This document shows, one piece after another, positions 41,567 to 52,441 of a stretch of 64,000 bases of DNA. The notes under the pieces were generated by a model that was given only the letters and a program-made list of their open reading frames with translations, searched no databases and had not been told where the DNA came from. Position numbers and translations under genes: made by a program. Positions within the stretch are counted from its first letter, which is position 1, and every line of letters begins with the position of its first letter. This DNA comes from Acidobacteriota bacterium (GTDB lineage: Bacteria > Acidobacteriota > CAIWXX01). The DNA lies in NCBI GenBank assembly GCA_040755995.1, contig JBFMAF010000037.1, positions 64,001 through 128,000 on the forward strand, in the 5' to 3' direction.

Positions 41567-42751
41567 ATGTTCCAGACACCAATGGTGATCAGCGGCATTC
41601 TGTTTGCTCTTCTCATGTTGGGTTCCGATCAATCGATTGACTCCAAATATGTCAAGGGCAAAGGCAATCCCGGGAGAATCCCGAAATGGAGCAATAGCTC
41701 AACAATAGGCAATTCAGCTATTGTCGAGGGGAAGGGATTCATAGGCATCGGCGTCACCACCCCTGGAGAAAAGCTGCATTTGGGGGACGGGAATCTGCTT
41801 ATTGAAGGTGGGGGAGAAACGGCGATCAAGGTCAAGCGGGACGAAGTCTTCGATGGAGGCCCCTCGGGAAACAGTACGTTTCCGATATTCCAGCTGGGAA
41901 GGATCATAAAGGCGGGCGACGGTGATCCTGAACTCAGGTTCATGTACTCCGATGACAATACGCCGGAACGAACCGTTTTCGAGATTGATCGAAAGGGTAT
42001 AGTCGCCTCGGTGAAGACCGATAGAGGATGTCATTTTGAGGGGTTTCTATCGACTACGGATCCCGAACCGGTGTTTCGGCTCAACTCATATCCGAAGATG
42101 CGACTCGAGATGGGAGGCGGTGGATCGATCTCAGTCGATGTCGCACTCCAGAGGGAAGACCCAGCCACCCTGGTGTTCATCACGGGCCAGACGGAAAGGG
42201 TGAGGATCGACTCGAGTGGCCAGGTTGGCGTTGGGACGAACAATCCAGCGTTTGTTCTGGATGTCGCTGGTGCAGCGCATGCATCGAGTTTCGTTACATC
42301 ATCGGATGCGAGACTCAAAGACAATGTGATCCGTCTTGACCAGGTACTCGACAAGTTGGAGGGGGTACGCGGGGTCTCATTTGATTGGAATGAGCGATAT
42401 GAATCTCTGGGCCGCTCAACCGGGCACAGGGAGATCGGCGTGATAGCACAGGAGCTCGAAATCGCCTTTCCCGAGCTCGTCTCGCAATGGAGCGATCAGG
42501 ACTACCTGGCGGTTGACTATGGAAGACTGACGGCTGTGCTCATCGAGGCAGTCAAGGAGCTGAGGGCCGAGAAAAACGCTCAAATCAAGCAGCTAAAGGA
42601 TCTCGTCACACTCCAGCAGCAACAGATCGCGGCATTAGAGGAGCAGAGTATCTCTCTCGTAGATCGCCTTGCTGCAATTCAATCGATCGCGCAGGCGGAT
42701 GCCAGGGGCGAGAATCGTCCGGATCTGGTTCATCCCGACAGGGTACGATGA
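41567..42751 (+). CDS. Exported fibre-like protein with C-terminal peptidase S74 intramolecular chaperone
   Basis: GAGGAGG RBS; signal-like N-terminus; IGIGVTTP and VGVGTNNP repeats; SSDARLKDNV, GVIAQE, VDYGRLTAVLIEAVKEL, coiled coil. Confidence 0.82.
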   Translation: MFQTPMVISGILFALLMLGSDQSIDSKYVKGKGNPGRIPKWSNSSTIGNSAIVEGKGFIGIGVTTPGEKLHLGDGNLLIEGGGETAIKVKRDEVFDGGPSGNSTFPIFQLGRIIKAGDGDPELRFMYSDDNTPERTVFEIDRKGIVASVKTDRGCHFEGFLSTTDPEPVFRLNSYPKMRLEMGGGGSISVDVALQREDPATLVFITGQTERVRIDSSGQVGVGTNNPAFVLDVAGAAHASSFVTSSDARLKDNVIRLDQVLDKLEGVRGVSFDWNERYESLGRSTGHREIGVIAQELEIAFPELVSQWSDQDYLAVDYGRLTAVLIEAVKELRAEKNAQIKQLKDLVTLQQQQIAALEEQSISLVDRLAAIQSIAQADARGENRPDLVHPDRVR

Positions 42752-42867
42752 GGCCAGCCTCGTGGTGGGCCATGCCCCAGCGCACATGATCGAGAACCTG
42801 CGCCGCGGTTTGGTGGGCAAGCCGGCGAACAGTAGACTCTTCATGTTGATTCTGGAGGATCTGAACC

Positions 42868-45789
42868 ATCCCAACCCACACGCGCACTTTCCGCGTCTTC
42901 GCTAGCTCGACGTTTGCGGACCTGAAGGCGGAGCGCGATGAGCTGGCTCAACGCGTGTTCCCGCGGATTAGGGAACTGTGCCAGCAGTACGGTGCGCGGT
43001 TTCAGGCCGTGGACCTGCGCTGGGGGGTGAGCAGCGAGGCCGGCCTCGACCAGCGCACGATGCAGATCTGCCTGGAGGAGCTGCGGCGATCGCAGCAGAT
43101 CTCGCCTCGGCCCAACTTCGTCGTGCTCCTCGGCGACCGGTATGGGTGGCGGCCGCTACCGTATGCGATCCCGGGCGATGAATTCGCAGAGGTCGAGCGG
43201 CGCTGTCCGACGCGGTACCTCGCCCTGCTCCGGGAGTGGTACCCGCTCGACGAGAACGCCGTCGTCACGAAAGCCGACGGCCGGGTCTTTGCCGAGAACG
43301 TCCTGCGGGAGCGGACGGGGGAGTACAAGGACGACGCATCGTGGGGCGATGTCGAGCGGGAGCTGACGGCAGCGCTCAGGGAGGCCACGGCGGGCATGGA
43401 GCTGTCACCTGAGTCCCGGCTGAAGTACGGGGCCTCGGCGACGTAGCAAGAAATCGCACACGGGGCGCTCGCGATCCCGGAAGCCCGTGAACACGTCTTC
43501 TGCTACTTCCGGCGTATCGCGAACTTCGATGCGCTTCGGGCCGACGCGGTCACCAGCGAAAGCGCGCGCGTATACGGAGACTTCGACAGCACCGGCGCGC
43601 TCGACGAAGGCGCGCATGCGTGCGGTCTAGACCTCAAGAGGCGGCTCATCGGAGTGCTTGCGAACAACGTCCGCGAGTACGAGGCGCGCTGGGAGGATCA
43701 CCACCTCACTTCCCATCACGCCGGCCGATTGTGCGCGGAGGTCCAAGCCGATCTCGAACGTGTGATTCTGTCTGAGATCGCACGGCTCGCCGCGGCCACG
43801 GGGGTGGAGCAGGAACAGGACGCGCACGAGGCATTCGGCCGCGAGCGGGCGGCGACGTTCGTGGGCCGCGAAGAGGTGCTGCGGACGATCGGTGACTACC
43901 TCGCGGGCTCCAGCAGGCACCCACTTGTCCTGTACGGTCCGTCCGGCTCTGGGAAGACCGCGGTCATGGCCCGCGCGCGGCACGGAATACAGCAGAGGCA
44001 GGCACGCCGGTTCTCATTCAGCGCTTCGTCGGCACGACGCCGCAGTCGTCGGATGGAAGGTCGCTGCTCCACAGCCTGTGCGAGGAGGTTGCGGAAGTGT
44101 TCAACCTCGCGGAAGAGCGAGAGCGGCGCCTCGACGAAACGCGCCAGCTCGATGGCGAGGACCGTCGCAAACACGAGGACGCGGTCAACGCCGAGTTCGC
44201 CATCCCCGTGGAAGCCTATCGCCTGGGGGAGACGCTGATCCGATTCCTCGCGAAAGCCCCGCCGGAGGCACGGCCGCATGTCTTCATCGACGCCCTCGAC
44301 CAGCTACCCGAAGACGATCCGGCGCGGCGCTTGGCCTGGCTGCCCAGCGAACTGCCCCCGAACCTGCGGCTCGTCCTGTCGGTCCTCTCGAACGAGCCGC
44401 CGCAAACGATCGCCCGCCGCCTTCCGACGGCAGCCTGTGTCCGCCTCGGGCCGATGCCGTCAGCAGAAGGTGGTGCACTCCTCGACCGCTGGCTGGCGAG
44501 CGCAAGGCGCACCCTCCAACCGCAACAACGCCACGAGGTCCTGGTGCCGTTTCAAGCGAACGGCCTCCCGCTCTACCTCAGGGTCGCCTTCGAAGAAGCC
44601 CGCCGGTGGCGATCGTTCACACCCAGCGACCAGACCGTGCTCGGCAACGATGTCCAAGGCGTCATCCACGACCTGCTGGCACGCCTGGAGGCAGACCACG
44701 GCCGAATACTCCTCGATCGCACACTCTCCCTTCTGGCCGCCTCGCGCGACGGCCTCTCGGAGGACGAGATCCTGGACCTGCTGTCGCGCGACGCCGACAT
44801 TATCGCCGAATTCAAGGTTCGCTCGCCCAAGTCTCCGGATCTCGGTGCACAACCGAGGCTGCCCACCATCGTGTGGTCGCGGCTTCACCACGACCTTGAG
44901 CCATACCTCTCGGAGCGCGCTGCTGAAGGCGCCACCGTCCTGTCCTTCTACCACCGCCAGCTCTCTGCCGCGGCTAGCAAACGTTACCTGACGCCGGACG
45001 AGAGACGCCTCACGCGCCACGGCGATCTCGCGTCCTACTTCGCCCGCCAGCCGCTGGCCTCGCGGCGCGCCGGGGACGTCGCCTACAACCGTCGCAAGTG
45101 CTGGGAGCAGCCGCGTCAGGAGTTGAAAGCCGAGTGCTGGGAGGCGCTCGAAGCCACTCTCACCGACATCGAGTTCGTGGAGGCGAAGTCGCGTGCCGGG
45201 ATGGTATACGACCTGCTGCGCGACTACGCCGAGGCCGAGCGGGCCTGGCCGGGGCGGGAGAACGCAACGCGCGAGGAACAGGATTGGTGCCTGCGAATGA
45301 GCGCGTACGGCCAGGCTCTGATGGAGTATAGCCGAGCAAACACAGCGCAATCCCTGGCGCGCACGCCGCGGGCCGCGCCATCGCCCCTTCCGGTGCCACC
45401 GCTATCTGTCGCCCGCGCTACCGAGCCGCAGCGTGGCGACGTGGGCCGTGCCTGGACGCCCTTCGGACGCGTCGATGCCTGGAGCCACTTTGCTGCAAAC
45501 CACACAGGACGACTCGCCTCCGGATTCGAGCCGGTCTTCCAGATCGCGTACAACAGTGCGGTTCCCGGTCCCCGGCACGATCCCCGACGCCATCGCGGCC
45601 ATCCGCCGTAACGCAGGCCTCAGCCCGCAGGACAACCCATTCCCCGTCGGCGCCCCCGCCCGCCTCCCCGCCGAGGCATGGGACGACGCGCACCTGCTCA
45701 GCATATGCCCCCACTGCCACGAGCCGCTCAAGTTCAACCCGTTCGTGGTCGACAACAGGACGAGGCAGTGGTGGCAGTTCTGGCGATGA
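42868..45789 (+). pseudogene. DUF4062-NACHT (TEP1/NWD-like STAND) pseudogene
   Basis: TFRVFASSTFADLKAERDEL..DLRWGV; Walker [30 protein letters not shown] at the expected start, in-frame TAG 43444-43446, frameshift near 44000, break near 45570. Confidence 0.85.
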
Positions 45790-46128
45790 ACCGCAGCCAT
45801 CACCCGAAAAGACCAGCTCAGCCCCAAGAAGACTCGCCGCGGCTCAAGACTTCCCGCCGAAGCCTGGGACGACCGGCACCTCCTCAGTGAATGCCCTCTC
45901 CGCCACGAGCCGATCAGGTTCGTCTGGGCGGAAGGCTGGGAAGAGTGGATACCGGCGTCGAGTGCGGGGCTCGTAGAGTCGGCTCAGCCCGCACAGCCCG
46001 CCGAGGCGCGCGCCTGCTCCAAGTGCGGGCGTGCTCTTCGTTCTCCCGATGCCGTTTGCCCCGGGTGTTCGCGAGCGTGTCCAATACGGCGGCTCTGGGC
46101 AGCGGATGGGCGGCGAAGTGAGTCGTAG
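45790..46128 (+). pseudogene. Chimeric remnant: second NACHT C-terminus copy fused to a copy of the GYF-Zn-ribbon tail
   Basis: RLPAEAWDDRHLLSECPLRHEPIRF joined to VWAEGWEEWIPASSAG...EARACSKCGR...CPGC. Confidence 0.75.
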
Positions 46129-46293
46129 GCTCCCCCGACAGCCCTGCCCAATTCGCCACCGCGCGCGATGTGGCGCGCCACCCTGCATGGTTCATCGGTC
46201 TGTGGCTTCGCCTCGGTAACTGCTCCAGGGAATGATCATGCCACGGTTGCATTCACAATGGTATACTATCGCATCGACGAGGGGGGCTCCGCG

Positions 46294-48696
46294 ATGGCCG
46301 ACCAGAGGATTCTCGTGCCCGGTGCCGACGTACAGAGCTTGATCGACGCGCTCCCAAGCTACGCGATGCTGCTCGACGAGAACCACCGGATCCTTGCTGC
46401 CAACTCGGCGGTCGCCACTGCTTTCAGCGTCAAGCCGGAGGACCTCGTCGGGAAATACTGCCCAAGCGCGATCCACGGCCTCGATCACCCCTTCCCAGGG
46501 TGCCCGATGGAGGAGGCGGTGGAGACAAACGGGCCGGTCTCCCGCGAACTATTCGACGAGGCCTCCGGGCGGTGGGTACTCTCGCAGATCTTTCCAACAG
46601 CCCTCAAGAGCGAGGGAGGCGGCACGATCTACCTTCACTTGGTTCAAGACATCACAGAAAGGAAGAGGACGGAGGCCGAGCTGGAGAAGAAATCAGACAT
46701 CCAGTCAGTGGTGAACACTATGCTCCGGAGCTCACTCGAGGACGTCTCGCTGGACTCGATGCTCCACCTCACCCTGGACCTCTTGACCTCCCTGCCGTGG
46801 CTCACGTTCGAATCGCGCGGCGCGATCTTCATCGCTGACGAACAGGAGCGCGCCCTTCTCATGCGAGTGCACAAGGGACTTTCGGAGGAGATCGTCAAGG
46901 CGTGCAGAAGAATTCCGTATGGAAGATGCATGTGCGGCCGGGCGGCCGAGAGTGGCGAGATCGAATTCGTTGACAAACTCGACGAGATGCACGAAATCAC
47001 GTACGAGGGCATTACGCCCCACGGCCACTATTGCGTCCCGATAAGAGCTGGAGACCGGGTGCTGGGCGTGATAAACCTCTACCTCAGAGAAGGTCACCGG
47101 CGTGAACCGTGGGAGGCGGAGTTCCTGGCTGCCGTCGCCAACGCACTTGCGGGCATCATCCAACACACCAGGTCAGAGGAGACTCGGGCCAGGCTCACGG
47201 CGATCATCGAGGCCACGTCCGACCTTGTCGGCATCGCAGGTACTGACCAGCGGGTGCTCTTTGTCAACGGTCCGGGACGGAGGATGATGGGGATTCCCGA
47301 GGACGAGGACATCACGGGGATCGAGATCCGCGAGTTCCATCCGGGGTGGGCGTACCAGACGGTCGCCTCGAAAGGCATCCCCGCGGCCGTCAGGGACGGC
47401 GTCTGGAGCGGCGAGACCGCGCTCCAAACGCGAGACGGCAGGGAGATCCCGGTGTCGCAGGTGATCACAGCGCACAAGAAGCCCGACGGCTCGATCGACT
47501 ACATGTCGACAATCCTGCGCGACGTGACGGAGAACAGGAGGCTCCAGGCGCAGTTTGTCCACGCGCAGAAGATGGATGCGGTGGGGCGCCTTGCGGGCGG
47601 CGTGGCGCACGACTTCAACAACCTCCTCTCGGTCATAATCAGCTACAGCAGCTCCATCCTGGAGGAGCTTCCCGTGGGCAGCGAGCTGCGGGCCGATGCG
47701 GAGGAGATCAGGAAGGCCGGCCTGCGCGCCGCAGCTCTCACCCGCCAGCTCCTCGCGTTCAGCCGCAAGCAGACGGTGGAACCCCGGGACGTGAATGTAC
47801 AGGATGCGATCGGGGAGCTCTCGAAGATGCTCGTGAGGCTCGTGGGCGAGCACATCGATCTGAAGATATCAGCCGGTGGGGCCCCTCGCGTCATCCGAAT
47901 CGACCCGGTGCAGCTGGAGCAGGTGCTCGTGAACCTCGCAATCAACGCAAGGGATGCCATGCCGCACGGGGGCGCTCTGACCATCGCCGTTCGAACCGTC
48001 CTGGTCGACCGGGAGCAGGCCTCCCTTCCAGCAGGCATCGAGTGCGGCGAGTACGTACAGATCGGAGTAGAGGACACCGGGGTCGGTATGTCCCAAGAGA
48101 TCATGCAGAAGATATTCGAGCCGTTCTTCACCACCAAGCTCGACGGCAAGGGGACCGGCCTCGGGCTCTCGATGGTTTACGGCGCCGTGAAGCAGAACGG
48201 GGGACACATAAGCGTGTCCAGCGAGCCGGGCCGCGGCACCACCTTCACAGTCTGGTTCAAGCGGGTCGAGCCGAAGGCTGCCGCTGCGAGCGACGCAGCA
48301 GCCGAGATACCGCGCGGGAAAGGTGAGACCATCTTGCTGGTGGAGGATGACGAGAGCGCCAGGCGGGCGACAGCGAGAATGCTCACCGCCGGCGGGTACC
48401 GTATTATCGAAGCCAGGAATGGCGTCGAGGCGTTGACCTCGTTCAAGGCCAACCAAGGGAGCGTGAGTATGGTCATCTCCGACGTCGTGATGCCGAGTAT
48501 GGGCGGCGGCGAGCTGGAAGCGAGGCTAAGGGAGATGGACCCCGCCACGAAGATACTGTTTGTGAGCGGCTACCTGGACGACATGGTGAGGGCACAAGGA
48601 GTGATCGGCGCGGGCGCGGCGGTGCTCGGCAAGCCGTTCGAGCGGGGACTCTTGCTGAGGAGCGTCCGCATGCTGCTGGATCGCAATGTGGGCTAG
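46294..48696 (+). CDS. Hybrid sensor histidine kinase (PAS-GAF-PAS-HisKA-HATPase-REC)
   Basis: [55 protein letters not shown] receiver. Confidence 0.95.
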   Translation: MADQRILVPGADVQSLIDALPSYAMLLDENHRILAANSAVATAFSVKPEDLVGKYCPSAIHGLDHPFPGCPMEEAVETNGPVSRELFDEASGRWVLSQIFPTALKSEGGGTIYLHLVQDITERKRTEAELEKKSDIQSVVNTMLRSSLEDVSLDSMLHLTLDLLTSLPWLTFESRGAIFIADEQERALLMRVHKGLSEEIVKACRRIPYGRCMCGRAAESGEIEFVDKLDEMHEITYEGITPHGHYCVPIRAGDRVLGVINLYLREGHRREPWEAEFLAAVANALAGIIQHTRSEETRARLTAIIEATSDLVGIAGTDQRVLFVNGPGRRMMGIPEDEDITGIEIREFHPGWAYQTVASKGIPAAVRDGVWSGETALQTRDGREIPVSQVITAHKKPDGSIDYMSTILRDVTENRRLQAQFVHAQKMDAVGRLAGGVAHDFNNLLSVIISYSSSILEELPVGSELRADAEEIRKAGLRAAALTRQLLAFSRKQTVEPRDVNVQDAIGELSKMLVRLVGEHIDLKISAGGAPRVIRIDPVQLEQVLVNLAINARDAMPHGGALTIAVRTVLVDREQASLPAGIECGEYVQIGVEDTGVGMSQEIMQKIFEPFFTTKLDGKGTGLGLSMVYGAVKQNGGHISVSSEPGRGTTFTVWFKRVEPKAAAASDAAAEIPRGKGETILLVEDDESARRATARMLTAGGYRIIEARNGVEALTSFKANQGSVSMVISDVVMPSMGGGELEARLREMDPATKILFVSGYLDDMVRAQGVIGAGAAVLGKPFERGLLLRSVRMLLDRNVG

Positions 48697-49016
48697 GGGG
48701 GTGAACGCTCGCCTCGGCAGTCGGCTTGAGGCGCATGTCTCCTGTGAAGAGTTATGAAACCGGAGTGCTGGTGGTCTGGCAGGGATATCACAACAACAAG
48801 TTCACCACCAAGGGAGTCTTGCGACAGATCAACGGCGGCCTGTGAGCAGGAGAACCGTCTCGCCGGTGCTTGATTTCGTTGTTCCAACATTCTCCCAGTG
48901 AGGGCGCATCGACCCCGTAGAGGTTTCTCCAGATCCCAGCCCAACTCCCGCGTTGGATTCCCCCATGATGGAGCGTGGCTTACACCTCGACGGCGCCCGC
49001 TTGTATAATCGGTGCC

Positions 49017-50099
49017 GTGTTGCCGTCGACCGCCGCCGTCGCCCAGGGAGTCAGGCGCGTATTGCGACTGACTGCGGGGCCCGCACGCCAGAAGACCCGT
49101 TGGCTGGCACCGACCATGTTCTTGACACTCGTAGTCGCGTGCGGGCGATCGACAGTGGAACGCCAGGTCGTCGTCGTCTACACCTCGGTGGATCAGGTGC
49201 AGTCCGAGCCGATTCTGAGGGAGTTCGAGCGCCGCAGCGGCGTTCGCGTACTGCCCGTCTACGACGTCGAGGCCGTGAAAACCACCGGCCTCGTGACTCG
49301 CATCATCGAAGAGAGCGGCAGGCCGACAGCCGACGTGTTCTGGAACGGCGAGTTCGCGCAGACGCTGGTGCTCCAGGATCGCGGGCTCTTGCAGCAGTGC
49401 CCCTGGCTGTCACGATCCACACTGCCACCCGACAGAATCGATCCGCACGGCTGCTGGGCGGCCATCGGCGGCCGCGCGCGCGTGTTCCTGGTCAACACGA
49501 ACCGGCTTCGTCCCGACGAATACCCGCGCGCCATCTCGGACCTGCTCGATCCCCGCTGGCCCGCCGACCAGGTAGGCATGGCCAACCCGCTTTTCGGCAC
49601 CACCGCAACGCACGCTGCCGCGCTTTACGCGACGATGGGTCAGGAGAACGCACGGGGGTTCTTCGCGAAGATCAAGCAGAGAGGTGTGCGAATCCTCGAC
49701 GGCAACTCCGTCGTGCGCGATCTTGTGGCGCGCGGGCAGCTGCTCTTCGGGCTCACCGATTCCGACGACGCGTGGTCGGCACTGCGGAGGGGCGCGCCGG
49801 TCGCAGCGGTCGCGCCGGATGGTTCCACTACAGGAACCCTGCTCATTCCGTCCACCGTCGCAATAGTCGCGGGTGCGCAGCACCTCGAGGAGGCGCGCCT
49901 GCTGTTGGAGTACCTCACGTCGCTCGATTCTGAGAGAGCGCTCGGAGAACTGGGATTCTGCCAGATCCCCCCGCGCCAACCAGCCGATGTCGCGGTGTTC
50001 CCCGCAGGCGCTCCGCGCCTCCTGGATGTGGGCTGGGGTGAAATCCGCCGGCAGATGCCACGGGCCGCCGTCGAGCTCCGCCAGATCTTCGTGAGATAG
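49017..50099 (+). CDS. ABC transporter substrate-binding protein (Fe3+/AfuA-FutA-like)
   Basis: GTG 7 nt after TATAAT; VVAC lipobox; VYTSVDQ, ADVFW, ANPLFGT; start uncertain. Confidence 0.85.
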   Translation: MLPSTAAVAQGVRRVLRLTAGPARQKTRWLAPTMFLTLVVACGRSTVERQVVVVYTSVDQVQSEPILREFERRSGVRVLPVYDVEAVKTTGLVTRIIEESGRPTADVFWNGEFAQTLVLQDRGLLQQCPWLSRSTLPPDRIDPHGCWAAIGGRARVFLVNTNRLRPDEYPRAISDLLDPRWPADQVGMANPLFGTTATHAAALYATMGQENARGFFAKIKQRGVRILDGNSVVRDLVARGQLLFGLTDSDDAWSALRRGAPVAAVAPDGSTTGTLLIPSTVAIVAGAQHLEEARLLLEYLTSLDSERALGELGFCQIPPRQPADVAVFPAGAPRLLDVGWGEIRRQMPRAAVELRQIFVR

Positions 50100-50107
50100 G
50101 ACCCGCT

Positions 50108-51685
50108 GTGAGCCAGGCATCCACTCGCGTCTCGGATCACATCACCGATGCGTGCTCAGGGGTGTGCCGGCGTGCCGCCGAGGTTGCTGCTCTGGCCGTG
50201 CTGCTCGGCCCGGTGTGCGCCCTGGCCATCGGGCTCCTCGACTCGCCCGGAGCGGGTCCAGCGGTTTTCTCCTTCGGAGCCCGACGGCTCGGGCTTCTCG
50301 GCAAGTCTGCTCTGGTGGCAGCCGGGGTGTCTCTCGGCAGCGTCGCCATCGCAGTGATCGCGGCCACCAGGCTCGCGCGCGTGCGCGGGACAGCTGCCGC
50401 CGTTCTGAAGTCATTGCTCCTGGTTCTCGCGGCTGTCCCTCCGGACATTCACGCATTCGCCTGGTCCACAGCGATGCTCGCGGTCACGGACCGCCTGGCT
50501 GCCATCGGGGTCTCGGCGATGCTGCTTCAGGGGTGGCCGGCGGTTTTCGCGGTCGAGTGCATGGCGATGTTGCCGCTCACCGTGGTGGTGGCGTGGGTAG
50601 GCATGGATGTGGTCGAACCGGCGCTCGTGGAGGCTGCGCGCCCATACGCTCCGGACCAGACGGTGTTCGCCCGCGTCGCACTTCCTCTGGCTGCTCCCAT
50701 TCTGGGGTTGGCAGCCGCCGTGGTCTTCCTGCTGAGTCTGATGGACTACTGCGTGCCATCCCTCTTCTCGGTCAACGGGTACGCGATCGAAGTGTTTGCA
50801 CAGTACAGTGCCGACGGAAGTCCAGCGGCAGCTGCTTGTGTGGCACTGCCTCTTGTCGCACTCGCCGCAGGGATGATGGTCGCCTGCGTGGCCCTTTGGC
50901 GAGGGGTCGCGTCTTCTTCGCCGCAGGGCGGTCATCGAGTACTTGCGCACATGGTTTGGCCGCGGTGGTGGCGCGCGCTGCAGGTTGCATGCTTGACGAT
51001 CGTCTCGCTCCAGGCGTCTGCACCGATTCTCGTCTTGACACTGCACGCCGGGGGTTTTTCTACAATGGCGAACACGTTGATCGCCGCGTTGCCCGAGATC
51101 CGGTACACGGCCGTGAATGCCGTCGTCGCCGCTGCGATGTCGATTCCGCTTGGCGCAGCTGCAGGAGCACGCCTGGCCGCCGGCGGCCGCTGGAGCAGGT
51201 TCTGGTGGATTGCGGTCTGCATCCCCCTGGCACTGCCCGCCTCTCTCTCGGGCATCGGGGTCATTTCGCTCTCGCGACAGCTGCCTGCATGGGCTGCGAT
51301 ACTGGCGCCGCCCGTCGTCCTTGTGTCGCGCTTCATGCCGCTCGCCGCGCTCCTTGTGTACGGACGACTCCGCCGATTGGACTCGGGATTGATGGACGCC
51401 GCACGAGTGCATCAGGAGAATGGCATACAGACATTCTGGCTGGTCTGGCGGCCGATCCTGTCGCCCGCGCTCCGCGTGTCGGCGGGCATCGTCATCGCCT
51501 TCTCCCTGTGCGAGCTCGGCGCCTCGATTCTCGTGGCCCCGCCGGGCAGGCCGCCGCTCGCAGTGAGGCTCTACAACCTTCTCCACTACGGCGCGTCCGA
51601 CCAGGTGGCGGCACTCTGCCTGGCGCTCATGGGGGCGGCGTTCATCGTCGGCACCTCTGTCACCGTCGCACTTCGACGGCGCTAG
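50108..51685 (+). CDS. ABC transporter permease (FbpB-like, duplicated halves)
   Basis: Two EAA-like loops (LVEAAR, LMDAAR), about 12 TMs. Confidence 0.85.
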   Translation: MSQASTRVSDHITDACSGVCRRAAEVAALAVLLGPVCALAIGLLDSPGAGPAVFSFGARRLGLLGKSALVAAGVSLGSVAIAVIAATRLARVRGTAAAVLKSLLLVLAAVPPDIHAFAWSTAMLAVTDRLAAIGVSAMLLQGWPAVFAVECMAMLPLTVVVAWVGMDVVEPALVEAARPYAPDQTVFARVALPLAAPILGLAAAVVFLLSLMDYCVPSLFSVNGYAIEVFAQYSADGSPAAAACVALPLVALAAGMMVACVALWRGVASSSPQGGHRVLAHMVWPRWWRALQVACLTIVSLQASAPILVLTLHAGGFSTMANTLIAALPEIRYTAVNAVVAAAMSIPLGAAAGARLAAGGRWSRFWWIAVCIPLALPASLSGIGVISLSRQLPAWAAILAPPVVLVSRFMPLAALLVYGRLRRLDSGLMDAARVHQENGIQTFWLVWRPILSPALRVSAGIVIAFSLCELGASILVAPPGRPPLAVRLYNLLHYGASDQVAALCLALMGAAFIVGTSVTVALRRR

Positions 51686-51691
51686 CACCTC

Positions 51692-52342
51692 ATGCTCGAG
51701 ATCAAAGGAATAGCGAAGGCATTCGGGACGCTTCGGGTTCTGGCTGGGGTCTCGATGCGAGTAGAGCAGGGCGAGCGGGTGGCGCTGCGAGGGGCCACCG
51801 GCAGCGGCAAGACGACGTTTCTCCGTCTGATCGCGGGGCTGGAGGAGCCTGATGCCGGCGAGATCTGGGCGGGCGGCGCGCGCCTGAGCGCCCCCGGGAA
51901 GCTCGTGCCTCCACATCGAAGAGGCGTGGCGATGGTGTTTCAATCGCCCTGCCTGTGGCCCCACATGACCGTTGCCGAGAACGTAGGCTTCGCGATTACG
52001 GATACGAATCGCGCCTCACGCCGCGACGTGCTCAGACGCGTACTGGAGACATGGGGCGTCGGCGAATTGGCCGGTCGCTACCCCGACCAGCTATCGACCG
52101 GTCAGGCCCGCAAGGTGGCCGTGGCCCGCGCGATGGCCAAACGGCCGCGGATTCTGCTGATGGACGAAGCGCTCGTCAATCTGGACGTGCAAACTCAGGA
52201 AGAGCTGCTCCCGCTGATCGACACCGCCGCCAGCGAGATCGGTTGCAGCATGATGTACGTGACTCACGCTCCGGCCGAGGCAGACCGGCTGGGCTGCAGG
52301 TCGCTTTGGCTCCGCAACGGAAGACTGGACGCGTGCCCGTAG
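51692..52342 (+). CDS. ABC transporter ATP-binding protein
   Basis: GATGSGKT, VFQ..LWPHM, LSTGQ, LMDE. Confidence 0.9.
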   Translation: MLEIKGIAKAFGTLRVLAGVSMRVEQGERVALRGATGSGKTTFLRLIAGLEEPDAGEIWAGGARLSAPGKLVPPHRRGVAMVFQSPCLWPHMTVAENVGFAITDTNRASRRDVLRRVLETWGVGELAGRYPDQLSTGQARKVAVARAMAKRPRILLMDEALVNLDVQTQEELLPLIDTAASEIGCSMMYVTHAPAEADRLGCRSLWLRNGRLDACP

Positions 52343-52441
52343 TCTATCGAACACAACCGAATACGGACGCCGGTACCGCCATGATTCCCCTTCTCACTCG
52401 CCGGAGAACCAAGATGGCCTGTCCCCTCGTATAATCATCGT

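Noticed and set aside
36079..42751. Prophage or tailocin (tape measure plus tail fibre)
   Set aside because: No capsid, terminase, sheath, tube, baseplate or integrase genes seen
43444..43446. Programmed amber readthrough or pyrrolysine in the NACHT gene
   Set aside because: The same gene has a lost start, a frameshift and a deletion; TAG is a normal stop throughout the window
45922..46068. DGR template/variable repeat pair with 40806-40952
   Set aside because: Mismatches are not adenine-specific (about 7 of 31 have A in the copy) and no reverse transcriptase is in the window
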